64,000 bases of DNA, taken from contig NC_068982.1 in the NCBI RefSeq assembly GCF_001194135.2, forward strand, positions 73,170,891 through 73,234,890, given 5' to 3'. Position 1 is the first letter of the stretch, and each line of letters begins with the position of its first letter. The DNA comes from Octopus bimaculoides. Its lineage: Eukaryota. The position numbers and the translations under genes are program-made. The notes under the pieces were generated by a model that did no database searches, was not told the DNA's origin, and saw only the letters and a list, made by a program, of their open reading frames with translations. Shown here one piece after another: positions 49,650 through 61,332 of the stretch.

Positions 49650-50030
49650 CTATTGCCAAATATACGAGATTTGTTACATTTATCTTATCTTACTGGCTTG
49701 TTTAAATTCAATGCTCTCAAGTTATCCCCACTCCCCAGGAGAGCATTCAAATTTGTTTCCGTAAAATGGAGGACGTTGTAAACTGAACTATCTTCAAGGA
49801 ATTCCATGTCATTTCCTTCTTTTCAAACTTCTTCAGAAGCTACAGAAATTGCAAACGCTACCAGAAATAACCTTTGTTGCAGGTCTAGAAAAAAGTTTGT
49901 GATATCTTCGAGTATAAATACTTCTCTGAGATTCCAGGTAAAAAGTGTAATTGGGTAGAGAATCCGTTTATGTGTGATATTGAAGAAGTTTCTCAAAAGT
50001 TAAGAGAAATTATTGATAAGAAAGCAAGAA
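49650..50030 (+). pseudogene. Degraded hAT Charlie/Buster-type transposase fragment
   Basis: LSYLTGLF.FNALKLS... and YFSEIPGKKCNWVENPF...REII, resembling consensus LAYLxDIFxxLNxLNLxLQG ... YFPE....WxxNPF. Confidence 0.6.
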
Positions 50031-50268
50031 ATGTTCCTGTCTCTAAACTTCCAACTCAGCTTCCAACCCCAAATGTTCAAAAAAAGGCACTGCATATTTT
50101 GCTTCTTTTTTGATTCAATATATTTATGTGAGAAAAGTTTTCTACTTTAGAAAATATAAAAACGAAGTAGAAAAGTCGAATGTGATATGCGACTTGTCTT
50201 AATAAACAATCAATCTAGAACTGATGAGCATGTTAATAACTATAATCTATTATTGTATTTTATATATT

Positions 50269-50490
50269 AAAGCGGTGAGCTGGCAGATTCGTTAGCAGGC
50301 CGAAAAAATGCTTAGCGGCATTTCTTCCGTTTTTACGTTCTGAGTTCAAATTACGCGGAGGTCGACTTTGCTGTTCATCCTTTCGAGGCCAATAAAATAA
50401 GTATCCGAAGAACTGGGGTCGATGTAATCGATCTTCTCCTCTCCATAAAATTTCAGAACTTGTGCCTATAATAGAAAGGATTATTATGTT
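50269..50490 (+). mobile_element. SINE family B2 copy
   Basis: aagcggtgagctggcagattcgttagc...ttcagaacttgtgcctataatagaaaggattatt. Confidence 0.9.
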
Positions 50491-51215
50491 TATATTAGTG
50501 TGTTTGTTGTGGACGCCTACTGTGTTGTAAGCAGGAAGAGGCACCCTCTTGACCCTCGCTACCTTGACCCGTGGAATATCAATGATGGAAGGGCGGATGC
50601 CCCAGCACTCCGATGGCACTTATTTTAAGCTGGGTAGAGTAGGGTAACATAAAATTAGATCAACGACATAACGCACAGTTCTGTCCCCGGAATCAAACCC
50701 ATATCTTTATGATTGCGACCAGAACACACTAACCATTAGACCATGAGCTCCTCAGTTAACAAAAACGTAAAACAAGTAAGTCATACTCACTTGCAAGTGA
50801 CACCTAAACAAGTTCTCTATGCATTTTATTTTCTGCTAAATTACATATATTGCTTTCCCACGTTTTTGGACTTATCCAAAACTTTTGGACTTCGCCAAAA
50901 TGGCGAAGAAAGAAGAATTATTTGGGTACAAACTCTGGTTTCTATTCTCATTTATAAAGGGGAGAGTGGGTAAAAACTGTTCACTAATATTTCGAAGTGC
51001 TGACTAATATTTTCAGTCTGATGACCCCTGATTTAAAATACTTAAAGTGTTGAGTACCAATTAATCACATGGCTTTTGGCGTGGTCAATTAGGTAATCGG
51101 TCACGTGGATGTATTAGATGACGCCTGTTTATATTGATTGATATCGTCTGACAGTTTCAGTTCAGAATTAATTATATGACTGGTGGTGTTCCCAATTACG
51201 TCCATTACTTTAGAG

Positions 51216-51764
51216 CAGTGGTTCCCAACCCTTTTATTTAAATGAGTCTTACCACGGACTCCTTTTAATATTCTTATCCTTATGTATGTGTATATATATA
51301 TATATATATATATNNNNNNNNNNNNNNNNNNNNNNNNNNNNNNNNNNNNNNNNNNNNNNNNNNNNNNNNNNNNNNNNNNNNNNNNNNNNNNNNNNNNNNN
51401 NNNNNNNNNNNNNNNNNNNNNNNNNNNNNNNNNNNNNNNNNNNNNNNNNNNNNNNNNNNNNNNNNNNNNNNNNNNNNNNNNNNNNNNNNNNNNNNNNNNN
51501 NNNNNNNNNNNNNNNNNNNNNNNNNNNNNNNNNNNNNNNNNNNNNNNNNNNNNNNNNNNNNNNNNNNNNNNNNNNNNNNNNNNNNNNNNNNNNNNNNNNN
51601 NNNNNNNNNNNNNNNNNNNNNNNNNNNNNNNNNNNNNNNNNNNNNNNNNNNNNNNNNNNNNNNNNNNNNNATATATATATGAAATGCTGAATTTATTTCA
51701 CGGACCCCCAGTACTGCTTTTGCGGACTATCAAGGGTCCGCAGACCCCAGGTTGGGAACCACTG
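51216..51764. mobile_element. hAT (Charlie-like) MITE with internal (TA)n and gap
   Basis: Perfect TIR CAGTGGTTCCCAACC; perfect 8-bp TSD ctttagag (51208-51215, 51765-51772). Confidence 0.95.
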
Positions 51765-52216
51765 CTTTAGAGCAATCAGTTGGTCGACAGTTTTGTCGAT
51801 GTCGTCGTTTGTTTTATTTGTCAAGGATCAGCTGGCAGTTTTGTTCTGCTTCAGATAATTTAATTACGTGGGTTGTAGTGTTGGTGAGACATTGGTTCCT
51901 TTTAGCGGTTATTATTTTGGTATAGAAATATCGATATGTGCTGAAGGGACGATGTGTTTGCTAAACAATGTGTTAGATTTTCTAACATTACTTTAAAACA
52001 AATTATTTTAATCAAGTTATTTTAATTAAGATAATACAGGTCCGGTCGGGAGAAATCAGGACTAATATATTGTCATTTAATATATTCAATTAGTTAATAT
52101 ACGCACATGAAACTGCCTTAGGCCATAATATCACTTGTTGTGATATTTGCCTCAGAGAAACTTTTCAAAGAGACTTGTGTGTTAGAAACAATACCTTTGC
52201 TCAGAACGTTGGTGAG

Positions 52217-52262
52217 TCGCCAGACACAGTGTTTCGGCCTGATTCGGTCTCCTCAGTGACGA
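52217..52262 (-). ncRNA. Type I minimal hammerhead ribozyme
   Basis: Reverse complement TCGTCA-CTGAGGA-GACC-GAATCA-GGCC-GAAA-C-ACTGT-G-TC-TGGCGA: intact CUGANGA/GAAA core, 6-bp stem I (one G.U), stem II with one mismatch, short stem III, GUC cleavage triplet. Confidence 0.8.
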
Positions 52263-52392
52263 ATCTTTAAGGAAGTTCTAAGCAAAGCCAAAGCATACGT
52301 GTTCCAATTATGAAACATTGAGCCTGCATGGGTTTCATGTACCTACACCTGCTGACTCTCACCCACTTTCGTGATGGCTGGACGTATAAACA

Positions 52393-52437
52393 AATTATAC
52401 GAAGTGTAATTATACGAAGTGTAATTATACGAAGTGT
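52393..52437. repeat. 3 x 15-bp tandem repeat AATTATACGAAGTGT
   Basis: Direct reading. Confidence 0.95.
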
Positions 52438-52469
52438 AACATTTAACACAATACATTATTTAATTACGT

Positions 52470-53070
52470 TATAATACATCATGTAATCCTGTAAATATTT
52501 CAGTCTTGTGTGATGTAAACTTTGTCTCTTACACTACACTTTTTCAAAGAAAATAAACTGGGTATCACTTCAAAATTGCACGACACCTGTATTTTCTCTG
52601 ACAAATTTTAAACAACTGGGCTTTTCTGTAGTTGTACGACACCACTTCCAGCACCATCATTGTGATGTTAGACTGCTTAAGTCAGTAATGGCTGCCACAG
52701 AGGTGATAACGAGGTTCATTTACTCAAAATAATTACAAAAAATAACAGAGACATATAATTTTTATCATTACGTAACATTCTTATTAATTATATATACTAA
52801 CGTTTCACAATGTTTTCCTTTTTTTATTTCTTCTTGTATGCATTGTGAACATTACATGCCTTAATTAAATTTTCCATGTTTTCTTCTCAACTTGTAAGAT
52901 TAAAAAACATGACTGTTTTGAAGTCTTATTTTATATATTTTATTTATTAAACATAATTATTCGTAGTTTGAGAAAAACACATCAAGAGTTGAAATCCTTA
53001 CATCAAAAAGAAATAAGAACATCTTGGAGGAAAAAAAAACATGCATGAAAATATTCAAGCTTACCAAATT
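52470..53070 (+). repeat. Unclassified ~600-bp dispersed repeat G, copy 1
   Basis: Colinear with 59985-60530 (cacctgtat..tctctgacaaatttta; cagtaatggctgccaca.aggtgataacga.gttcatttactc; gtgaacattacatgccttaattaaattttcca; aaacatgcatg.aaat.ttcaag). Confidence 0.85.
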
Positions 53071-53168
53071 CTAGTGTTTTTTCAGTGTTTCATTGTTGCT
53101 TCTGTAGCGAATGTGCAAAGATATTTGAGTAAGTTTGTAGAGCGTTGATGGCGTATATACAGTCACTT

Positions 53169-53214
53169 GCGAACGAGTATGGCGAACGAGTATGGCGAAC
53201 GAGTATGGCGAACG
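53169..53214. repeat. 3.5 x 13-bp tandem repeat GCGAACGAGTATG
   Basis: Direct reading. Confidence 0.95.
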
Positions 53215-53299
53215 TGAAAGTATGTACCATCTTTTCATTGTTTTGGGCGCCTACGTACTCTCAAGCAGACATAGATACCTTCTTGGCCCTCCTGTCATA

Positions 53300-53465
53300 G
53301 CTCCAGCAAACATGCAGAAGTGGCAGTTGCAAAGAAAGAGGTTACTCAAACTGGAACGACGTGAAATGAAGTATCTTGCTCAAGAAAGCACAACGAAACT
53401 CCCAGTACAGAAATTGAGCCCACGACTTTATTGTCACGAACTGAACGCACTAACCGCTAGGCTTT
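53300..53465 (-). mobile_element. SINE family C copy
   Basis: ggttactc..actggaacgacgtgaaatgaagtatcttgctcaagaaagcacaacg...gcactaaccgctagg. Confidence 0.8.
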
Positions 53466-53652
53466 AATGTTTTGTTAGTATTGTGTGAGTTATATTATAA
53501 GTTTTATTGCCTAGTTGGTTTGTGTAGAGAATGAGCTGTGTGGGTTGTATGGGTTTTTTTATGAGTTAGAAATTGTCTAAAATGAGTTGAGTAAAATATG
53601 TGCCTATGTAAGTATGATGCATGTATGTAATGTATGTATATATTTACATATG

Positions 53653-53725
<73 letters not shown>

Positions 53726-54457
53726 GTACGTGGTGGGGTATATATGCATGTACGTGCACGTATATGTATGTATGTATGTATATATATATATATANNNNNN
53801 NNNNNNNNNNNNNNNNNNNNNNNNNNNNNNNNNNNNNNNNNNNNNNNNNNNNNNNNNNNNNNNNNNNNNNNNNNNNNNNNNNNNNNNNNNNNNNNNNNNN
53901 NNNNNNNNNNNNNNNNNNNNNNNNNNNNNNNNNNNNNNNNNNNNNNNNNNNNNNNNNNNNNNNNNNNNNNNNNNNNNNNNNNNNNNNNNNNNNNNNNNNN
54001 NNNNNNNNNNNNNNNNNNNNNNNNNNNNNNNNNNNNNNNNNNNNNNNNNNNNNNNNNNNNNNNNNNNNNNNNNNNNNNNNNNNNNNNNNNNNNNNNNNNN
54101 NNNNNNNNNNNNNNNNNNNNNNNNNNNNNNNNNNNNNNNNNNNNNNNNNNNNNNNNNNNNNNNNNNNNNNNNNNNNNNNNNNNNNNNNNNNNNNNNNNNN
54201 NNNNNNNNNNNNNNNNNNNNNNNNNNNNNNNNNNNNNNNNNNNNNNNNNNNNNNNNNNNNNNNNNNNNNNNNNNNNNNNNNNNNNNNNNNNNNNNNNNNN
54301 NNNNNNNNNNNNNNNNNNNNNNNNNNNNNNNNNNNNNNNNNNNNNNNNNNNNNNNNNNNNNNNNNNNNNNNNNNNNNNNNNNNNNNNNNNNNNNNNNNNN
54401 NNNNNNNNNNNNNNNNNNNNNNNNNNNNNNNNNNNNNNNNNNNNNNNNNNNNNNNNN

Positions 54458-54900
54458 GGGACGGTGGAATAGTAGTTTTTCGTTCATTTTGGCAATTTCA
54501 TGGTAATATGTTTCTGCAATAATGGTTTTTCCGGGTTCCAAGAAGTTATAATGGCTGAGTCGAGCAGTACACCACCAAAGTCACCATAACCTTCTATTTG
54601 AAGAGCTCAGGCTTAGGGTAGGTTTTCGGTGCTTCATTTTGGTCCAACCACTGCGAAGAACGTCTTTTATTATTGTACAGAATCTACTTTTCATCGCAAG
54701 TTACAATACGATCGAGAAATGAATGGATCGGCCTGGTTACGGAGAAGCTACGAGCAAATTTCATATCTGCGCATTTTCTGATTTTCATTCAAATCGTGTG
54801 GTACCTATTTGTCGAGCTATTTTAATTTTCCGATCACATGCAAATGGTTGTAGGCAGTTTTCAGGATAACTTGATGGGCCGAAACTTCCAAGACAATGTC
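54458..54900 (-). pseudogene. mariner (Hsmar1/cecropia-like) transposase fragment, running into gap
   Basis: Reverse-complement translation: LDK*VPHDLNENQKMRRYEICS..FLDRIVTCDEK*ILYNNKRRSSQWLD..EAPK..PKP...KVMVT...GKTIIAETYYHEI. Confidence 0.9.
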
Positions 54901-55217
54901 AATACTATTCTTGTAAAAGTGTTGAGCAATCTTTCTATTTAAAATAAAACTGTTTTATTGTAACATAAATACTATTATTGATACAGATATATGTTTGTGT
55001 GTGTGTATGTAGAGTAACACAACACCTCTGTGTGGGATTATATTCTCGGATGAAAATCACAGTAACTTGCCTCTCAACGATGTATATAGGTAAACTATGG
55101 TACATAGATGGCTCTTATAATACAATCTCATCTTGTTAACTATTTAACAGCCACTGCAGTATTGCTGGTCTTATGTATAATATTAGACTAATATATTTAC
55201 CATGATTTGTGGGAATG

Positions 55218-55380
<163 letters not shown>

Positions 55381-55715
55381 GAGGAACAGCACCGGACTGA
55401 ATAACAACATGGATGTGCTACACCGGGCTCCCTATACAAAAACAAATCTAATCCAATAATAACATCGATGGAATTAGGCAAAAGAACCGGTGGAAGATTT
55501 GATAACAAAGCAGATCACAAACCAGATTGGTCGTCGACCGAATCACAAAGGGCCACTTACTCGAAATAGATCTGCTAGCCTTAAGAAGCTACGTCACGAG
55601 AGCTCGGAGACGGTGTTGTCTCAAAAAATTTACCCTAAATAGACAGATCCGTCCCCTAGCGTCAACGTCGAAGCTTGTTATGCCTCACTGTTAATAAAAC
55701 AAAATACAAACCGGA
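55381..55715 (+). mobile_element. Element E terminus abutting an (AAT)n array, copy 2 (candidate Dong/R4 5' region)
   Basis: First ~140 bp match the reverse complement of 13470-13620; runs into a gap followed by (AAT)n. Confidence 0.65.
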
Positions 55716-56091
55716 NNNNNNNNNNNNNNNNNNNNNNNNNNNNNNNNNNNNNNNNNNNNNNNNNNNNNNNNNNNNNNNNNNNNNNNNNNNNNNNNNNNNN
55801 NNNNNNNNNNNNNNNNNNNNNNNNNNNNNNNNNNNNNNNNNNNNNNNNNNNNNNNNNNNNNNNNNNNNNNNNNNNNNNNNNNNNNNNNNNNNNNNNNNNN
55901 NNNNNNNNNNNNNNNNNNNNNNNNNNNNNNNNNNNNNNNNNNNNNNNNNNNNNNNNNNNNNNNNNNNNNNNNNNNNNNNNNNNNNNNNNNNNNNNNNNNN
56001 NNNNNNNNNNNNNNNNNNNNNNNNNNNNNNNNNNNNNNNNNNNNNNNNNNNNNNNNNNNNNNNNNNNNNNNNNNNNNNNNNNNNNNNNNNN

Positions 56092-56164
<73 letters not shown>

Positions 56165-56166
<2 letters not shown>

Positions 56167-56472
56167 CGTTATTTGTAACTAAAAATATTTTGTGCAAAAA
56201 GGGAACTGAAAAGACGAAGATCACACAAACGTCAATACTGAATATACAGAAAACAACTATTTATATTGCTTTAAAATTTTGGCATAAGGCCAGCGGGTCT
56301 CAGGGAAGGGCTAAGTAAATTACATCGACCCCAGGATCAACTGGTACTTATTTTATTAACCCCGAAAGGCAAAGTCGACCGCGGCGGAATTTGAACTCAG
56401 ACTGTAAAGACGGAAAAACTGCCATTGTGCATTTTGCCCGGCACGGTAACAATTCTGCCAGTTCACCACCTT
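56165..56472 (-). mobile_element. SINE-B variant with ~100-bp 3' extension and (ATT)n tail, copy 1
   Basis: Closely similar over its whole length to 60658-60972. Confidence 0.88.
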
Positions 56473-56611
56473 AAAACAGATTCAAAGATTTTCTCATTTT
56501 GTCAGATCTAGTGTAGGACATCCAAATAAAATGTAATGTAATTGTTTCAGGAAATATACTACGAAGGGGACATTTGTCATCTGTATTGTGGGAATTGCGG
56601 ATATTTCTTAC

Positions 56612-56773
56612 CATATATCTCGTGACAGCCTTCTCTTGAGTCACAAATTTTACTGCAATTGTTGGCCCACTTGTGTTGACTATGTAAAAGCCTACATACA
56701 GATTTCTTCACATTGACATATGAAGTAGTCGACATATTCAGGCGAAGGCAATTATTAACAGAAGCAAAAACAA
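56612..56773 (-). CDS. Candidate internal coding exon, Cys-rich EGF/MEGF-like fragment
   Basis: ttttttatctcttttttgttatgtag acceptor; 162-nt open phase-1/phase-1 exon VFASVNNCLRLNMSTTSYVNVKKSVCRLLHSQHKWANNCSKICDSREGCHEIY(G); ATG|gtaaga donor. KWANNCSKIC...C....G resembles the W-G-x-N-C-x3-C...C-x4-G EGF pattern. Confidence 0.4.
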
Positions 56774-57037
56774 CTACATAACAAAAAAGAGATAAAAAAT
56801 ACTCCAAAACAACAAAGTCAGATAAAGCAAAAATCCAGATTAAGAAAGAGAACAAATAAAGAGAGCAGATATGCATGGTTTTAATAGATTGTGAAATTAT
56901 GCAAAGCTACCTCTCGGAACGAAAAGTTATTGTTGACTACTAATTTAATAATAATTACAATTATATCGTTTGGAAGTATTTTTAGCCATTTAAATAGTTA
57001 AAAAATCTTCTATTTTAACTTTTCGTTTATTTCTTTA

Positions 57038-57205
57038 GACATGGATGTGTAATTAACAAGCTCGCGTTGTAGCCACAGAGTTTCGAGTTCAGTCCCTTTG
57101 CGCGGTGGCTTGGGCAAATATCTTCTACTCCAGTCCCGGTCCGATTAATACCTTGTGAATGAATTTGGTAGATGGAAATTATGTGGGAGCCCATTGCGTG
57201 TGTGT

Positions 57206-57280
<75 letters not shown>

Positions 57281-57288
57281 AGTGTGTG

Positions 57289-57334
<46 letters not shown>

Positions 57335-57550
57335 CGTGCGCATGTGTGTTTGTGTCTGTATTTGTCATCCATCCTCCGATACTGACTTTATGTCCTCGTA
57401 ACTTAGTGGTTCGGCAAAAGAGATCCGGTAGAATAAGTACCAGACATTAAAAAAAACGTACCGGAGCCGATTTGTTCGATTAAAAAAATAATCTTCGCAG
57501 TGGTGCCCCAGCTTGGTCGAAATCCAATGACTGAAACGAGTAATTGATAA
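57038..57550 (+). mobile_element. SINE family A full-length copy with long internal (GT)n
   Basis: Head (gagttcagtccc), ttgggcaaatatcttctact, (GT)n, cgtaacttagtggttcggcaaaagaga, tail gtggtgccccagc...aatgactgaaacgagtaa. Confidence 0.9.
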
Positions 57551-58109
57551 TTTCTTCATTTTTTTTTTGTATGATAACATCTTAACGATTGAAACCGGTA
57601 GCATCTTTTGATAAAATGTAAATATTCCGCTTTCTTTATTAAGTTCTCAATGCATTATCTCTTTGTTTTCAACACACACACATCTATGTATATATACATA
57701 TATCTATATGCATATATACACATATCACACACACATATGCATACAGACATACACATACACACAGACGTATGAATATACGTATGTATGTAATCGTGTATGA
57801 ATGAAAATGTATATGGCTGTGATAGGTACAGTAGAGAATTTAGAGAGAATATTTCAAGTCAATATAAATTCAACGTAACTTACACGCTTCGCCGTGTTTC
57901 GCGCTGGAAGTCATCTTTAAATAAACTAGTTATTCCACGGATACCAAAGAAGTATTTCCCTCCCACCAGATTTGTGATCTACGTGTGTTTCTTAGATTAT
58001 GTGTTATCAATATGACTGTATATCTTCGAAGTTCTTAAGGCAATATTTTTTCTCCTTTTGATTTTTGATATTAGTTTGTTTTTGTTTTTTTTGTTTTTTT
58101 TGTTTTTTT

Positions 58110-58950
58110 TGTCGAGTAATTTGTAATTTTACATCAAGATACGATATTTTTGTGGTAAACAATGTTCACAGCTCTCGGCACCTCCGGTTATCTACTGCTT
58201 TGGCAGACATGATGACAAGCCATTATATTTCAACGTTAGTTTTGGTCTGCTCCTTTAATAACCAAATACGATTTGAGAAAGCTGTCGCATTCTTATCAGA
58301 AGCTCTTATGTTGAGAAAACAGTCTTCTAATCTATTTCGCCCATTCCTATTCCCATTTTTACAACTACATTTATATTCTAAATACTCTTCATGCTTCCTG
58401 TATTTGAAATGAAACTAAAAGTGATTTTCGCGTTGTTTCTACAAAATACCTATAGTATTTGTGCTCACTAGAGAGATGTTTTTTTAAGTCGAGTTAAAAA
58501 GTTCATCGCAATTATTGTTTCAATTTTTCTATCATAAGCATCTTTTACTGCTCTTTGGTATACATTCTTTTTCTGGATGAAATTCGAACGGATCACTTTG
58601 TAGTGTTGCTGCACTGTGGCAGATCTGTGCAATACTGCTTACAGCCGAAGACACAATTTAAATTATATTTGTTACATGGCTTGAAGTCTTAACAATATAT
58701 TCTAGCTATTTGGCCGGCCTACAGATTATTTATTGTGAGACTGCGTTTCATATGAGTTCATCTTGACTCTATATAATCTATGTTGCATTAAAATTTTCTG
58801 GGGTATGTGGAGCTCTGCTGAATTATAGGTTGTAGGGTAGGTTGTGATAGAAACGATTATGGGAGATTTTTATTGACTAAATTTGGAGTTGTGTAATTGT
58901 TCAGAATTCATCATCCATATGTAACTTTGTAATCCGGTGTGTCTATTTAG
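58110..58950 (-). mobile_element. Penelope-like element relic 3 (thumb/linker and EN C-terminus, very degraded)
   Basis: Reverse-complement translation: NFLTRLKKH..EHKYYRYF.RNNAKITFSFISNTGSMKSI and NATAFSNRIWLLKEQ..NVEI*W.....RCREL, paralleling the other two PLEs. Confidence 0.55.
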
Positions 58951-59317
58951 GAATGTCTGCTCCAATTCTTGATGTTGTTTAGGGGTTCACAAAAGCATGT
59001 ATGTAGGTGAAAAGGCTAGTTGATCAGCAGAAAATTTTAACTCAACAGAAACTATAGAAAGCGAAGATGAACGCAAATGTACCACGGTCCGATGATGGCT
59101 CAGCCGGTCGAAACCTCAAACTCCTGTTAAAGTATTAAATATATATATAAATGGGAGACAAAAAATCACCCTAGCACCGGCTACTGAGAACACTAAATGC
59201 ATTTCAACCTTTTAGGGCCTTATCAATGATGTGTATCCGCAGGTACATGCCTAGACGAAATTCATCGGCTCCGATACATGAAACAGTGAATAAAACATCA
59301 ACTAAACTTTTTTCTCG

Positions 59318-59376
59318 AGGCGGTGCCCCAGCATGGCCACAGCCTAATGACTGAAACAAGTAAAGGATAAGAGATA
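59318..59376 (+). mobile_element. Isolated family-A SINE/LINE 3' tail
   Basis: aggcggtgccccagcatggccacagcctaatgactgaaacaagtaaaggataagagataa. Confidence 0.85.
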
Positions 59377-59434
59377 ACTGACAACTGACAACGGCCGACC
59401 GCCTACATAAAAATCTAGTGCATGCAATTGCTGA

Positions 59435-59439
59435 CAGAG

Positions 59440-59488
<49 letters not shown>

Positions 59489-59665
59489 CATATATACATA
59501 CATACATGCTTACATACAGATATACATGCCTTCGTACGTATCGAGAAATAGATAGACAGACAGATAGGTAAATAAATAGATCGATCGACAGTCAGACAGC
59601 CGGATAGATAGGCGGGCAGGCAGATACATACATGCATACATACTAATATACATACGTCCGTACGT

Positions 59666-59722
<57 letters not shown>

Positions 59723-59855
59723 CAGACAGACAAGCTGACGGGTAGATAGGTAGATAAACAGATCGATCGACAGTCAGACAGTCAGACAGACAGGCTGGCA
59801 GGCATGCATGCAGGCAGGCAGGCTGGCTGGCAGGCTGGCAGGCAGGCAGGCAAGC
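59435..59855. repeat. Compound (GACA)/(GATA)/(TACA)/(GGCA)n array with internal diverged duplication
   Basis: gatcgatcgacagtcagacag occurs at ~59580 and ~59761. Confidence 0.9.
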
Positions 59856-59859
59856 AACT

Positions 59860-59978
59860 CCATTGCGTAACTGGTACTTACTCATCGACCCCGAAAGGAT
59901 GAAAGGCAAAGTCGACCTCGGCGGAATTTAAACTCAGAACATAAGGACGGACAAAATGCCGTTAAGCATTTTACCGGC
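59860..59978 (-). mobile_element. SINE family B partial copy
   Basis: ctggtacttactcatcgaccccgaaaggatgaaaggcaaagtcgacctcggcggaatttaaactcagaac. Confidence 0.9.
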
Positions 59979-59984
59979 TGTCAT

Positions 59985-60530
59985 TCCTATGTAATAATGT
60001 AATGTATACTTTGTCTCATTTTTCATTGAAAACAACACTGGACATGGCTTTAATATTGCACAACACCTGTATCTTCTCTGACAAATTTTAAGCAACTGGG
60101 TTCCAACTGCAGTTACATAAGTCCGCCTCCTCCGCCACCATTGTAATGACTGACTACTTGCATCAGTAATGGCTGCCACAAAGGTGATAACGAAGTTCAT
60201 TTACTCGAAATAATTACTGAAAAGCAATAGTAGTATATATATAATTTCTATCATTACGCAGTATTCTTTATTAATTATGTATAAAAACGTTCGATAACGT
60301 TCTTCTTATATGTATTGTGAACATTACATGCCTTAATTAAATTTTCCACGTTTTCTTCTAAGCATGTAAGATTAAAAAGTCGACTGTTTTAGAAGTTTTG
60401 ATTTTATTTATTAATTAACTATTATTATTCATGATTTGAGAAAAATGCATCACAAGTTAAATGTCTTACATCAAAAAGAATTAAGCACAACTTGGAGAAA
60501 ACATGCATGGAAATGTTCAAGGTTAGCAAA
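59985..60530 (+). repeat. Dispersed repeat G, copy 2
   Basis: Colinear with 52470-53070. Confidence 0.85.
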
Positions 60531-60657
60531 TGTGGTACGAAAATGTCTGAATACTATTCATATACCGTGGTATTCCAGTCATCTGGAAGGTATTTATAAG
60601 TAATCCATCGGTGTCTTTAATTGAAGTGAGCTGTTTATCAATATAAATGGCTATTTT

Positions 60658-60972
60658 AAGGTGGCGAGCTGGCAGAATTGTTACCGCGCCTGGCAAAATG
60701 CACAACGGCAGTTTTTCCGTCTTTACAGTCTGAGTTCGAATTCTGCCGCCGTCGACTTTGCCTTTCATCCTTTCGGGGTCAATAAAATAAGTACCAGTAG
60801 ATCACTGGGGCCGATGTAATCTACTTAGCCCTTCCTTGAGACCAGCTGGCCTTATGCCAAAATTTTAAAGCAATATAAATGGTTGTTTTCTGTATATTCA
60901 GTATTGACATTTATGTGATCTTCGCCTTTTCAGTTCCCTTTTTGCACAAAAGATTTTTTGCAGCAAATAACG
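60658..60972 (+). mobile_element. SINE-B variant with 3' extension, copy 2; (ATT)n at 60973-61034
   Basis: Shares diagnostic changes (gttaccg, aatgcacaa, ttacagtctgag) and the extension ttgttttctgtatattcagtattgac...aaataacg with 56165-56472. Confidence 0.9.
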
Positions 60973-61016
<44 letters not shown>

Positions 61017-61039
61017 CATTATTATTATTATTATTCCTT

Positions 61040-61253
61040 AAAGCGACGAGCTGGCAGAATCGTTCGCACATCGGGAGAAATGCTTAGTGACATTTCATCC
61101 GCCTTCACGTTCTGAGTTAAAATTCCACCGAGATCGACTCTGCCTTTTCATCCTTTTGGGGTCGATAAATTAAGTACCAGTCAAGCACTGGGCTCGATGT
61201 GATCGACTTTTTCCTCCCCAAAAATTTCAGGCCTTGTTTCTATAGTAGAAAGG

Positions 61254-61332
<79 letters not shown>

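Noticed and set aside
52393-52440. loxP-like ATTATACGAAGT in the 15-bp tandem repeat
   Set aside because: Only a 12-bp match to one arm, in direct repeats with no inverted partner or 8-bp spacer; treated as coincidence.
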